From the IMG/VR virus record IMGVR_UViG_3300015203_000007, positions 2,036-66,035 of that record: a stretch of DNA of 64,000 nt, one strand, 5' to 3'. Positions within the stretch are counted from its first letter, which is position 1. Each line of letters begins with the position of its first letter. Both the position numbers and the translations under genes were made by a program. The notes beneath the pieces are model-generated. The model saw only the letters and a program-made list of their open reading frames with translations, searched no databases and was not told the origin of the DNA. This document shows, piece after piece, positions 1 through 9,200 of this stretch. This DNA is from a virus.

Positions 1-462
1 GGGAATGATGTCACTGGCCTCAGTCTTGGCAGTATCGAGATCATGCGGAACGATTGGCAGAGGACTAGCGATGAGGGGATTTTTGACTTCGCGCCGAACG
101 AATGCTTCGTTCATTGGGCGCGTGCGCGATAGCTGTTCGTGAAATGCTACCTTGCTTGGCAATTCGCTTACGATCTTGGAATTGACGTATTGCATGCGTA
201 GCGCCTCAGCGAGTACAGCGATGAGCGCGATGTCACGTAGTTCTTCGCTTAGATCATCGAATCGCTCTGCCTCATAGAGATTGAGTGCGCGAGTTAGCTT
301 CTCACCGATGCGCAGCATCGGGTAGTAAAACTTCTTCTCGCCTGCGATGGATGCCACTGCCGTGAAGTTGTGGGCCGGATCATGGTCGGAGCCATAGCCC
401 TGGCTCTTCTCCTTGTGCAGCGCCAGCATATCCTCAAGGATGCCGGGTACTTCGGGGATCAT
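1..462 (-). CDS. DUF1599/Nmad1-like nucleotide-modification-associated protein (runs off the window edge; not in ORF track)
   Basis: Manual translation from ATG at 462: MIPEVPGILEDMLALHKEKSQGYGSDHDPAHNF...MLRIGEKLTRALNL...SEELRDIALIAVL; K..K...YG...N and 'L.D.A...l' pattern typical of DUF1599; open to base 1. Confidence 0.5.
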   Translation of the reverse strand, partial: MIPEVPGILEDMLALHKEKSQGYGSDHDPAHNFTAVASIAGEKKFYYPMLRIGEKLTRALNLYEAERFDDLSEELRDIALIAVLAEALRMQYVNSKIVSELPSKVAFHEQLSRTRPMNEAFVRREVKNPLIASPLPIVPHDLDTAKTEASDIIP

Positions 463-472
463 GTTGACCTTT

Positions 473-766
473 CTAGCGGATCTCAGACCAGTGGCGACAG
501 ATACCATCGCTGATATCGCAGTCGCACTCGTCATCGTCGCTCTCAAAGTAGTAGTGCTTGTCGTCTACCGACAGGATAGCAGTGTAGCCTCGCGGCTCAC
601 CGTCTGGTTCCCTGTCGAGCTTCTTCATCCGAATCTTACCATTGCTCTCATAAAGGTTGGGCTTGATGAGCTTCCAAACGTCCTCGGGAGTCCAGTCGTG
701 GTAAACGGGGATGACACACTTCCGCATGCCCTGTTCCACGTTACCGATCTTCTCACTCTTCATCAA
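473..766 (-). CDS. hypothetical protein
   Basis: 97-aa ORF in the collinear minus-strand gene array, overlapping the upstream stop. Confidence 0.55.
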   Translation of the reverse strand: MMKSEKIGNVEQGMRKCVIPVYHDWTPEDVWKLIKPNLYESNGKIRMKKLDREPDGEPRGYTAILSVDDKHYYFESDDDECDCDISDGICRHWSEIR

Positions 767-1226
767 CCCACCCCCTCACTTGTGCCAAGAATCCATTGTC
801 GTGCAGCTTGTCAATGCTTCTGCCAACAAGTCCTGCATCTGAATAGCCAAGCATTGATGCGATCTCTGCTAGAGAAACTCCTTCATTGAAAAGACGCTCT
901 GCCTCCTGTGCTCTGCGCACGGCGGCAATGCTACGCTTCATTCGGTAGCTAGGTACTAGACACTGAGAACACACTTCGCGAGTGCCGTAAGCAAGAAAGT
1001 CATTGCCACAACCTTCGCATGTTCGTTCGCGTGGCCCCTTGTGCTTTCCTTCAATCATGCATGGCGAGCAAAATGTTTCCCACTCACCGTATTGCTTGTT
1101 TCGATAGCGCGATAGCTTTGCGCCACACTCTTCGCACCTACCGTCAGGTGCGTACTTCGCTCGAATGCTTTCAGACGGGCCGATCTCCGCATAGAAGAGT
1201 GAACGTCCTAGATAGTGCTCACTCAT
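753..1226 (-). CDS. Zn-ribbon + HTH putative DNA-binding protein
   Basis: Four CxxC pairs (CEEC, CSPC, CEGC, CSQC) and C-terminal HTH-like GVSLAEIASMLGYS. Confidence 0.6.
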   Translation of the reverse strand: MSEHYLGRSLFYAEIGPSESIRAKYAPDGRCEECGAKLSRYRNKQYGEWETFCSPCMIEGKHKGPRERTCEGCGNDFLAYGTREVCSQCLVPSYRMKRSIAAVRRAQEAERLFNEGVSLAEIASMLGYSDAGLVGRSIDKLHDNGFLAQVRGWVDEE

Positions 1227-1432
1227 TGAATGTGGTCAACCTTTCTGCGCGACTTCTTTCTCGTCAACAATGCCTGTGTCGGCGTGGGATAAACAATACC
1301 CATCGGGGTCTTGAAATCATTGTCACGCCACCAATTCTCAGGCTTCTTGTCGCGACCATGTGAACGTCCCTTGAGCGCCGCCGAAATTGCCGCCTTGTGT
1401 GCTTCGCTTAGTGGAACGCCCTTCTTCGCCAT
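1223..1432 (-). CDS. NUMOD3-motif small DNA-binding protein
   Basis: KKGVPLSEAHKAAISAALKGR matches the NUMOD3 pattern (S.E.K.KIS...KG). Confidence 0.55.
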   Translation of the reverse strand: MAKKGVPLSEAHKAAISAALKGRSHGRDKKPENWWRDNDFKTPMGIVYPTPTQALLTRKKSRRKVDHIQ

Positions 1433-1866
1433 TAGATCGGGAAGCCATTCTTGATGCGCAGGAAATTGGCGACGCCATCGAATGCGTATCCCATAGCCTT
1501 CGGGCCACGGTACTGTAGGTTGGCGAAGCTAGACCACGAACCCCATCTATTTGCGAGGTACATCTTGCGAGCATGCGCCGTAGCCTTGACAGCATCATCG
1601 CAATCGGCATCCGAAATGTCAGGGTGCGCCTTGCTATTGATCTGCCACAATCCTCGATCCACGCTTCCGTCAGGATTGCCAATCGTGCCGTCCGGCTGAA
1701 CTGGGCCTCTGCGCTTCTCATAGCCATTGCTCTCAGCGATGATGATGGACACGGCTTCGAGTAGACGCTGTGCGTCAGTCCAACCAGCTTCGTAGCATAG
1801 CTTCGCTAGCTCTCGCGGCTGAAAGTGCTTACCGGGATCAGGAAGGTCGAATCTCAACTGGCCCAT
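1432..1866 (-). CDS. lytic transglycosylase / lysozyme-like (SLT-fold) protein
   Basis: IIIAESNG (catalytic Glu), NPDGSVDRGLWQIN and AHP motifs of the lysozyme-like fold. Confidence 0.8.
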   Translation of the reverse strand: MGQLRFDLPDPGKHFQPRELAKLCYEAGWTDAQRLLEAVSIIIAESNGYEKRRGPVQPDGTIGNPDGSVDRGLWQINSKAHPDISDADCDDAVKATAHARKMYLANRWGSWSSFANLQYRGPKAMGYAFDGVANFLRIKNGFPI

Positions 1867-2059
1867 AGTTCCACCTCTTCTCTGGCTCTGGCATCTTCTT
1901 GTATGTCTCTGTCAGTACGCGCCATCCCTTGATGAGAGACGGGGGCGAGTAGTTCGTGATCTCATTCGCACCCGTGAGATATGTACATCTGACAGTCACA
2001 CGCTCTTCCGTGATGTCATTGTACACATCCACTGTGCCCTCTTCGTACTTGTCAATCAT
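1838..2059 (-). CDS. hypothetical protein
   Basis: 73-aa ORF with ATGA overlap to the endolysin stop. Confidence 0.55.
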   Translation of the reverse strand: MIDKYEEGTVDVYNDITEERVTVRCTYLTGANEITNYSPPSLIKGWRVLTETYKKMPEPEKRWNYGPVEIRPS

Positions 2060-2730
2060 CTAGAGAGATTCCTAATAAATGTATCCATCATATCTCCATA
2101 TGGAGCGGGATTTCCATTCTTTCCATCATACATGCTTCCGAAAGCATCACCCCGCGCATTCTGCGCAAAGCCAATTTCAGTACCGGGATAAGAGCTATCG
2201 AGAGTGGCGATCTTCTGTCCCTTTGCGATCTTCTCCCCCTGCTGAACCGCAGGAATCGGAGCTTCTGCGACATACACATACTGACCACTACGAGATCCAC
2301 TTGTCATGCGATAGACAATGATGTGCCCACCGGGCCAACCAGAATTGTTGTCCACTCGCGTAACCACTCCGTCAGCCAAAGCGTAGATGTTTCCCTTTCC
2401 GGTAAAATCCACTCCCTGATCATTTCCTGCCCATGTAGCATCACAACAAGCTGTGCGTCCGCCTCTTCCTTGCGGTGCCATTTCTCCACCGATAAGAGGA
2501 ATGAGTGCGTTTCGCGTGTTTCGATCTAGCATTCCCGTAATCATAACATGCGGAAATACGCGCTTACCGTGTTTCTTGGTTGCCATCATGTTTCTCTGAA
2601 TGCGAACGAGCAACATTCTCTCTCCAACATTCAAGAAACCGTGTCGATTAATGTGAAATCCGGGCTGTTCAGCAAGTTCGTGACGGCGGCGATAATCTTC
2701 TATCGCTACTCTATACGGGTGTGTATCCAC
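2056..2730 (-). CDS. endolysin: peptidoglycan-binding region + M23-like peptidase domain with degenerate metal motifs
   Basis: GTG start at 2730 after AAGGAG RBS; ITGMLDRNTRNAL (PG-binding-like); DQGVDF..G..IYALADGVV...V..GEKIAKGQKIA = M23/LytM barrel. Confidence 0.65.
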   Translation of the reverse strand: MDTHPYRVAIEDYRRRHELAEQPGFHINRHGFLNVGERMLLVRIQRNMMATKKHGKRVFPHVMITGMLDRNTRNALIPLIGGEMAPQGRGGRTACCDATWAGNDQGVDFTGKGNIYALADGVVTRVDNNSGWPGGHIIVYRMTSGSRSGQYVYVAEAPIPAVQQGEKIAKGQKIATLDSSYPGTEIGFAQNARGDAFGSMYDGKNGNPAPYGDMMDTFIRNLSR

Positions 2731-2751
2731 ATTTCTCCTTTGAAGGGGGTA

Positions 2752-2789
2752 AATCCCTCTCACCCTTGATATTAGGGGTGAGAGGGATT
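2752..2789. terminator. 16-bp hairpin between holin and endolysin
   Basis: AATCCCTCTCACCCTT-gatatt-AGGGGTGAGAGGGATT, one G-T pair. Confidence 0.55.
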
Positions 2790-2800
2790 CATTGGTTTCC

Positions 2801-3256
2801 TTAAACGGCCGGTGTTACGGGCGGTGTGGGCGGTGTCTCTACCACCGGTACGGGCCAATCGGGATTATCCGAAGGAACGTCGATTGCTAGCGCAGGGTGC
2901 CATGGGTTCGCGAGCGGGTTCGGCTTGCTGAACGCGCGTACGGCTGCGAGAACTGCCGTGATGACCGTGATGGCAAGCGCCGCCGTGTGATTCGGAAGAT
3001 TGCCCTGAACCGTCTGCACTGCCACTAGACCGGCAGAAAGAATACCTACCCAAAACTCTGTCGTCATGTAGCCGTGCTTGAGATCAGCGCCATACTTCTG
3101 AATCGCGCGAGACACGGCATAAGCAACTGCCGCGCCAGTCGTCAGGTAGATCGTGTACTGCGGAGACACCGTATTCGTCAGACCGGCGATGAACACACCG
3201 ATGACCGTGAATAGAGTGATCCAGAACTCTGTGGTACGAAAGCCCGTTCTAAACAC
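2801..3256 (-). CDS. holin-like membrane protein
   Basis: GTG start after AAAGGAG; four hydrophobic segments; duplicated G(F/Y)xTTEFW motif; Pro-rich tail; adjacent to endolysin. Confidence 0.7.
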   Translation of the reverse strand: MFRTGFRTTEFWITLFTVIGVFIAGLTNTVSPQYTIYLTTGAAVAYAVSRAIQKYGADLKHGYMTTEFWVGILSAGLVAVQTVQGNLPNHTAALAITVITAVLAAVRAFSKPNPLANPWHPALAIDVPSDNPDWPVPVVETPPTPPVTPAV

Positions 3257-3316
3257 TTTCACTCCTTTGTTGTTTGCAAATCCACGTCCGTAGTATAGCA
3301 CGCGGCGTGGCAATTT

Positions 3317-3487
3317 CTAGTCAGTCTTGATGGCGTACACAATCTGTGTCCGTGGAAACGATGCCACCTTCATGTTCTCTGCATCGTAGAACACATAATC
3401 GAGCTTGTTGTGAAGATCGCATGAACGTGCTGTTGGCAATTCGATTGCCGTCAGGGTGTCGGGACGGCCGAGAAAGACAGTCCACAT
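3317..3487 (-). CDS. small hypothetical protein (56 aa, below ORF-track cutoff)
   Basis: ATG TGG ACT GTC...ACT GAC TAG; fills the gap directly after the GT2 stop. Confidence 0.55.
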   Translation of the reverse strand: MWTVFLGRPDTLTAIELPTARSCDLHNKLDYVFYDAENMKVASFPRTQIVYAIKTD

Positions 3488-3488
3488 G

Positions 3489-4109
3489 CTAGCTCCAATT
3501 CTTGATCGGTAGCTTGCCGTGCTTTTCGATGTACAGTGAACGATTCTTGCTATCCGTGTCGTCAGGCATGTACCGCATTGTGCTACCCGGCATCGGATGA
3601 TCTACGTAGTAGGGTGCCTGCTCGATCTCCACGTTTGCCGCCTTGAGGCGAGTCCAGAGATCCACGTCCTCCCAGAATCCAACCTCGAAACGCTCATCGA
3701 AGACCTTACCTCCGAGATCGCGCTTGATGACATCGCGAGGGATGACTAGGAATGCGCCAGTAAACTCTTGAACCACTCCATTGACCTGAGGGAACATGAC
3801 CTTGTTGCCGTGGCACAAGTCCATCAAAGTCCATCCATCGTAGGGATACTTGCTTCCCGGTCGCCACATCGCTGTGTCATTGTTGACGATGGCTACGTAG
3901 GATGCGTTCGTGAGACTCACTCCTAGGTTGCAAGCCGCCGCGAATCCCATCCCCTGATTCACCACCACGAAAGTATTGCGCTGTCCGCGTAGAGATTGCG
4001 TGCAACGCTTGAGCATTTCGTCATGGATTGGCAGTAGTGGGTAGTGGGGAATCACTACGTCTACGTCGGCGTGATGTCTTCCGTTAATTGTGAAAGGCAC
4101 TACTGCCAC
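3489..4109 (-). CDS. glycosyltransferase family 2
   Basis: GMGFAAACNLG, AIVNND, GAFLVI.R, FDERFEVGFWEDVDLW.R GT-A motifs. Confidence 0.85.
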   Translation of the reverse strand: MAVVPFTINGRHHADVDVVIPHYPLLPIHDEMLKRCTQSLRGQRNTFVVVNQGMGFAAACNLGVSLTNASYVAIVNNDTAMWRPGSKYPYDGWTLMDLCHGNKVMFPQVNGVVQEFTGAFLVIPRDVIKRDLGGKVFDERFEVGFWEDVDLWTRLKAANVEIEQAPYYVDHPMPGSTMRYMPDDTDSKNRSLYIEKHGKLPIKNWS

Positions 4110-5035
4110 TCTCCCTTGATCGCGTCGAATGTCATCTGCATGCCCTCATCGAGATCCACGCTAGGACGCCATCCTAGGTTCTCCACCTTCTGAGTAGACA
4201 GACGCTTGACCACGGTCTGTCTCTGCGGTGCATTGACCATTCGGATTAGGTCTTCGCTACCACCAGTGATTTCGCACGCCTTTCGGGCGACTTCCAACAT
4301 GGAGATGGAAGCGTCGTCACGTCCGAGGTTGTAACAACCGAAGCCATCTTCGTAGTCTCCGGCGCACTCTGCGATCTCGCCCTTCTCGATCACGTAGCGG
4401 AAGCCATTGACGAGATCGCCCACCCAACACCACGAACGCTCTGCGCCCTTGTGTACGGGGATCTCCTGCCCTGTGTCGGCCTGCCAAAGCATATTGATGA
4501 TCGCGGCTCTTCCACGTCCGTGAGGCAATCCTGGGCCGTATGGCATCGACGGCCGGACGATCTGTAGTCCGCCCTCGGGAACGTAGAGCGCGGAGATTTC
4601 CTCGCCATGCCGCTTCGTCAAGCCGTAGAGATTGTGCGGGAGTGCCTTCGGTGTGATGGCGTCTTCGCGCGCATACAACGATCCTAGATCGCCGTAAATC
4701 TCGGACGTGCTCACGTAGACGAATCGCTCTGTAGTAAGCGTCTCAAGCACGTTTGCCGTCATCACACAATTGGATCGAATCGTGTGATCGAAGTCATCCT
4801 CACCGAAAACTCGACCGACCTGTGCTGCGAGATGCACCACAACGTCGAAATCGCCCTCTGCAAGCACATCCTCGAACCCTTGCACGCCTTCGCTTGTCAG
4901 CAAATCGTAGCTCGAATGATACGCCTTGTCGAAGACTCGAACTACGTGACCGTTCGTTTCGAGATTGAACTTGAGATGGGTACCGATGAATCCTGCACCA
5001 CCCGTCAAGAGAATCTTCACAACGTCTCCTTCCAC
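4100..5035 (-). CDS. NAD-dependent sugar epimerase/dehydratase
   Basis: ILLTGGAGFIG Rossmann motif, HLAA, YVSTSEIYG, YGLTK (YxxxK). Confidence 0.9.
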   Translation of the reverse strand: MEGDVVKILLTGGAGFIGTHLKFNLETNGHVVRVFDKAYHSSYDLLTSEGVQGFEDVLAEGDFDVVVHLAAQVGRVFGEDDFDHTIRSNCVMTANVLETLTTERFVYVSTSEIYGDLGSLYAREDAITPKALPHNLYGLTKRHGEEISALYVPEGGLQIVRPSMPYGPGLPHGRGRAAIINMLWQADTGQEIPVHKGAERSWCWVGDLVNGFRYVIEKGEIAECAGDYEDGFGCYNLGRDDASISMLEVARKACEITGGSEDLIRMVNAPQRQTVVKRLSTQKVENLGWRPSVDLDEGMQMTFDAIKGEWQ

Positions 5036-5577
5036 TCTTCGTAGATCATGCGTTCTCTGTCGTCCATCGTCTTTCTTCCGGCCGAAGCCGTGTAATGCGT
5101 GAAAGCGTAGTTGTGCCGTAGCAGAAAGCGATAGTCATGGACGTGCTTCTGCGCGTAGTCGAAAGCGTTGTCAGACCAGTAATGGATGTTCGGGATTGGA
5201 ACCCAATTCTCCGTCTTGCAGAATGGCACCGAAGCGCCCTCCACGACCGACCAGTCTTCTGCCATCTGGTTTCCAAAGGATTCTAGCGTACCGTCTGGGC
5301 GATAGATCAGTGCGCCGGGGAGGTAGCCGCAATTCTGCTCAAGCGTCTCTACGGCCGCATCCACCCATCCCTTGTGAGGAACTAGATCATCGGCCGTCAT
5401 GTGGACGTACTTGTGTCCACACTTTGTGGCGTGATCCGCTCCTACGTTCCAAGCTTCGCCACAAGTCGAAAATCCTCGAAGCACAAGAATGTCATTGCCG
5501 TAGTAGGCTTCTGTGCAGCGGTGAAGATGTTCTTCGCGCCCATCAACCGTGGGAATGATCACAAGAACGTTATGCAT
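5017..5577 (-). CDS. GT2-like glycosyltransferase
   Basis: LVIIPT..GR, AWNVG, MTADD (DxD-like), WSDN. Confidence 0.65.
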   Translation of the reverse strand: MHNVLVIIPTVDGREEHLHRCTEAYYGNDILVLRGFSTCGEAWNVGADHATKCGHKYVHMTADDLVPHKGWVDAAVETLEQNCGYLPGALIYRPDGTLESFGNQMAEDWSVVEGASVPFCKTENWVPIPNIHYWSDNAFDYAQKHVHDYRFLLRHNYAFTHYTASAGRKTMDDRERMIYEEWKETL

Positions 5578-6124
5578 CTGGCACCATCTCCGGCGACCAC
5601 GTTCCCTTGTACTTGATGATGTGATCGTTTTCGTAGTACATGTTCAATCTTCCGTGGCGCTCTACGAAGACATTGGGATCCCAGTCATGCCAATCCGACC
5701 AGAGATACTTGACGTTTTTACAACCACGATTGTAGATACTAGTCCACTCACCTTCGTGAGTAACGGCGTCGCGCTTATTTGCCACTACAGGAAAGTGCGG
5801 AGAATGCGGGAACGCATCAAGATCATCGCTAGTGTACTTTCCTAGGTACATGTAAAACGGCTTAGTGCAAAGGCTCACACTTCCCGGATGGTCAAATGCT
5901 TCTCTTATCCATTCGTGGTCCTTTACCACTACAGTGTCCTGCAAAAAAATAAACTCGCTGACGCTCGTGTAGTAGTACATCCACTTGATGACATTTAGCT
6001 CCCACGGAACATTGAGAGTCAACACGGGCCAATCCGTGTAACTATCAAGTGATGCACGACAGTCAGCTTCCCACATCTCTCTGCCTGCATACGTTCCGAT
6101 GACAATTGCCTTAGCTGGCTTCAC
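5570..6124 (-). CDS. glycosyltransferase-like hypothetical protein
   Basis: GTG start at 6124 in GTGA overlap with upstream stop; FIFLQDT (GT-A DxD-like region); lies within the glycan cluster. Confidence 0.5.
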   Translation of the reverse strand: MKPAKAIVIGTYAGREMWEADCRASLDSYTDWPVLTLNVPWELNVIKWMYYYTSVSEFIFLQDTVVVKDHEWIREAFDHPGSVSLCTKPFYMYLGKYTSDDLDAFPHSPHFPVVANKRDAVTHEGEWTSIYNRGCKNVKYLWSDWHDWDPNVFVERHGRLNMYYENDHIIKYKGTWSPEMVPDA

Positions 6125-6759
6125 TGGAATCTCACAGTCGATAGTTCGATGTACTTGTCGTCCCACTTCTCTAGGTATTCCAATGCGTACGTGTGAACCG
6201 GTGGCCTGCTCATTGGCGTCATCGGCAAATCGCCCTTGCAAATGAAAACGCCACACGTCACCGATACGTTCACCGGCTCATCGGGATAGACGTACGTGTA
6301 GACCGTCGCGTGGTCAGGCTTGATCGTATCGAAGATCACTTCAAACGTCGAGAGATCGAAGAGTCCCTTGTGAAGCTGCGGCATATATTCACCGGCCTCG
6401 TCAGGTGCGCCGTGCGTGTAGCGGTAGACGTGGTAGAGATCGAACGTGCTGCCGCCACCCATCGTTCCTGGCTTGCGATTCACGTAGGCGTCCACGATGC
6501 CGGGGAACCACGGGATCCCCATGTAGTTGATGATTCCTCCGTAGGCGAGAGACTTGTAGACGGCTCTCAGGTGGGGAATCCTATCCGGAAGGAACAAATG
6601 CTCGTAGAAGGCGTTTGAGAATACTTCTGTCGCACCCTGAGGCAAATGCGGGCGAGAGAGATCCGTCACCAAGTCCACGCCGGGGAAGGACTGTAGATCC
6701 ATGTTGATGTATCCGGGCAGTGGATGTCCACCACATCCCATGTGGTACTTAGCGGGCAC
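6121..6759 (-). CDS. class I SAM-dependent methyltransferase-like protein
   Basis: HMGCG...PGYINMD.....VDLVTDL and EVFSNAFYEHL, typical of Methyltransf_11-like proteins of glycan loci. Confidence 0.75.
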   Translation of the reverse strand: MPAKYHMGCGGHPLPGYINMDLQSFPGVDLVTDLSRPHLPQGATEVFSNAFYEHLFLPDRIPHLRAVYKSLAYGGIINYMGIPWFPGIVDAYVNRKPGTMGGGSTFDLYHVYRYTHGAPDEAGEYMPQLHKGLFDLSTFEVIFDTIKPDHATVYTYVYPDEPVNVSVTCGVFICKGDLPMTPMSRPPVHTYALEYLEKWDDKYIELSTVRFQ

Positions 6760-7153
6760 GATTCTTCAACTCCGTCGAGCTTAGTGTTCCGACACGGGGA
6801 ATGTAGACCATTGTGATTCGGTGATCATCCATGAAGTCTTGATCCACGTCGATCTGCGCGTAGTAATCCTTGCGCGCCCAGTCACTGCCAATGGCAAGCA
6901 CATTAGGCTTTACAGTTAGAATTAGAACTTGACCAGCACTCAAGTTTGGCATCACTTCATAGCCTAGAGACTGAATCAATGTGGCACGTTCAAAATAGGA
7001 ATAGGTTGGCTTCTTTCCTTTGTACTTAGCCACGAAATCATCGGAGTTTACACCCACCACAACTCGATCACCATATCTCTCACACTCCTTGAAGAGATAT
7101 GCGTGACCGAGATGTGGGGTGTCAAACGTCCCGATGGTCAGGACTGTTCTCAA
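6749..7153 (-). CDS. cytidylyltransferase (TagD/RfaE-like)
   Basis: GTFDTPHLGH (HxGH), VVVGVNSD, ER, GSDW, LSSTELK. Confidence 0.9.
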   Translation of the reverse strand: MRTVLTIGTFDTPHLGHAYLFKECERYGDRVVVGVNSDDFVAKYKGKKPTYSYFERATLIQSLGYEVMPNLSAGQVLILTVKPNVLAIGSDWARKDYYAQIDVDQDFMDDHRITMVYIPRVGTLSSTELKNRAR

Positions 7154-7248
7154 TCCTTGCTACCGATTGCCGCGATGGCGCACAGGGCTAGGATAGCCAT
7201 GATGTAGTCACCGGCTGTCGCGTTGTGAAAGAACTCATGCAGGGTCAC
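7150..7248 (-). CDS. 32-aa single-TM peptide
   Basis: GTG start in GTGA overlap, stop in TTGA overlap; MTLHEFFHNATAGDYIMAILALCAIAAIGSKD. Confidence 0.5.
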   Translation of the reverse strand: MTLHEFFHNATAGDYIMAILALCAIAAIGSKD

Positions 7249-7514
7249 AGGCTTCTCCGCTGTTCGCGATTGAGTGGTGGGGTCGGCATCGCTTGTGCGA
7301 TTTCGATGTGGGGCTTCTCTTCGGGCTTCTGGCAGAGTCCTAGGAACTCAGGGATCTGCTCACCGATGAGTGTTGCATTGACTGTGATGCCGCTCTGTGG
7401 ATCGGCAAATCGAATGGCGAGAACGTCATCGCCATTCGGTGCCTCCGGAGTCGGAGGCGTCTTGCCGTGTCCAGTAGCGTACGCCACACCGTTGAGAACG
7501 ATGTCGATTGGCAT
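7245..7514 (-). CDS. hypothetical protein
   Basis: ATG at 7514 immediately after the upstream TAG (7516). Confidence 0.55.
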   Translation of the reverse strand: MPIDIVLNGVAYATGHGKTPPTPEAPNGDDVLAIRFADPQSGITVNATLIGEQIPEFLGLCQKPEEKPHIEIAQAMPTPPLNREQRRSL

Positions 7515-7515
7515 G

Positions 7516-7797
7516 CTAGTTATCGAACTCCGATCTTGCTGTACGGAAGAATCCCGCAAGGTCTGTTTCTCTGTCCATGATGAGACGCGCGTAACCGGCG
7601 CGGTAAGCGTTGGGAAGCTTGTACTTTCCCTTCCCGTTATTACTAACCGTTCCTTCGTATCTCACCACTTCGTAGATCATGGCAATGCCACACTTCTTCA
7701 TGCCGCTGTTCTTGACGCTTCTTGCTAGTGTCACCAGACGGTCATAGACCTCAGGGTTGCTAGACAAGTAAGCTTTGAAGGATGCCTTGTTGGACAC
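7516..7797 (-). CDS. conserved-looking phage hypothetical protein
   Basis: 93-aa ORF, IYEVVRYE...KLPNAYRAGYARLIM...GFF pattern. Confidence 0.6.
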   Translation of the reverse strand: MSNKASFKAYLSSNPEVYDRLVTLARSVKNSGMKKCGIAMIYEVVRYEGTVSNNGKGKYKLPNAYRAGYARLIMDRETDLAGFFRTARSEFDN

Positions 7798-8342
7798 TAC
7801 TTCTTTCCCTTCTTCTTCTTGGCGGCGCGGATTGCGCGCTTAGCCTTGATGATCTCTTCGGAGTCGCGCGAAAGCTCTTCGCCTCTCAACCACGTTGTCG
7901 TCGGCTCGTAAAGCTGCTCTGGCGGGAACGTGCGGCATGCGCAGTTCGGGTCGTCGCACTTGCCGTACCCGCCCTTGACGAACTCCGTGATGTCCACGCC
8001 ATCGACATCAGCCTCGAAGGTGAACGCCGGGTGGTACTCGATCCGCTCGATGAACTTACCGATCTCACGCCGGTCGCTGCGATAGACGGTGTGCTCATCC
8101 TTGGCGCGTGCGCGCGTCACGTAACGCGCGGGAATCTTGATACCAGCCTTCTGCGCGATGATGTAATCCACCGTGGCAAGTGCTTCCACGATGGCGTTCG
8201 CCTCTTCCTCCTTGCCGGTCGGGCAGACGTGAAGGGCGATCTCTTCGCTCTCGTCTTCCGGGTTCGGCATGATCTGGAAGACATCGTAGTGGTATCGTTT
8301 GTCGAGCGGAACGACAAACTTTTTCGGCTTGAACTGTGTCAT
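7797..8342 (-). CDS. hypothetical protein
   Basis: 181-aa ORF with GGAG RBS and Lys-rich C-terminus. Confidence 0.6.
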   Translation of the reverse strand: MTQFKPKKFVVPLDKRYHYDVFQIMPNPEDESEEIALHVCPTGKEEEANAIVEALATVDYIIAQKAGIKIPARYVTRARAKDEHTVYRSDRREIGKFIERIEYHPAFTFEADVDGVDITEFVKGGYGKCDDPNCACRTFPPEQLYEPTTTWLRGEELSRDSEEIIKAKRAIRAAKKKKGKK

Positions 8343-8351
8343 TTCTCTCCT

Positions 8352-9200
8352 TTACTTCCAGACGGCGTTGCGGCCGTCAGGGTACCATAGGTGCTTGAAT
8401 AGTTCGCTTTCCTTCTGTGTCACCATGTAGTCAGGTAGCACAGAGTCCGGCACGATCTCGCAGTCATTGTATGGGCGGTCAAAGAGATCCTTACCGGAAC
8501 GCATGCGATCTTCGATGTGGGCGAAAGTGTTCCACGGCGGCTTGTCGTATTCACCGTGCGCGAAGGCTCCCAGCTTGTTTCTGATCGCTCCTGCGCCACC
8601 CATATAGGTGAAGTGCCAACCGTAGCCCTTGTCGGCGTTTCCGTAGATCCTATCGGGCTGCGTGCGCGCCATTTCTTCCATCGTCATCAAGTGTAGCATC
8701 CCGTTCGGGAACGCTCTGCACACCTGTTCGTGGAGGCGGGGGTGCGGAGCACGCATGTTCACGTAGTAGCAATGACGCCACATAAGCGTGTGCTCGATCT
8801 TCGTGATTCCATCAAGCGACGCAACCCACTCGGGATCAGGGATCTCATCTGCATCGGTCAGGATCACGATGTCATCGTCATCGAAACCGTTGCGACACAT
8901 CTCTCCCAGCACGTTGCGCTGTGTGATGTCGCGTCCCCAACGTGCGGCTGTCTCTTCACCGAACCGTGCTAGTGGCTCAGCTTCGGATAGGTCGCACTGT
9001 AGGTAGGCGATCTTGCGCTTGTACTGAGAGATGATCGGATTCGTACGGATAAGATTGTAGAACTCTGCCTTGTGCTGCTTGCCGGAGAATGTCTGCATTC
9101 CCTCAGAGACTACGATGGCATCAACAAGAGGGCCAATCGTGGCGATCTTCGTCTCCACGATGGCCGTCTCATTGAAGAAGGGAAACGCGAGGATCTTCAC
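8352..9200 (-). CDS. glycosyltransferase family 17 (MGAT3-like beta-1,4-GlcNAc transferase)
   Basis: FFNE, VVSEG..TFSGK, QRN, LTDADEIP, GWHFTY.GG...IRNKL.AFAH.EY. Confidence 0.85.
   Translation of the reverse strand: MKILAFPFFNETAIVETKIATIGPLVDAIVVSEGMQTFSGKQHKAEFYNLIRTNPIISQYKRKIAYLQCDLSEAEPLARFGEETAARWGRDITQRNVLGEMCRNGFDDDDIVILTDADEIPDPEWVASLDGITKIEHTLMWRHCYYVNMRAPHPRLHEQVCRAFPNGMLHLMTMEEMARTQPDRIYGNADKGYGWHFTYMGGAGAIRNKLGAFAHGEYDKPPWNTFAHIEDRMRSGKDLFDRPYNDCEIVPDSVLPDYMVTQKESELFKHLWYPDGRNAVWK

Noticed and set aside
413-889. 158-aa plus-strand ORF and similar plus-strand ORFs across 1-53 kb
   Set aside because: Antisense to a continuous coupled minus-strand gene array and lacking recognisable motifs
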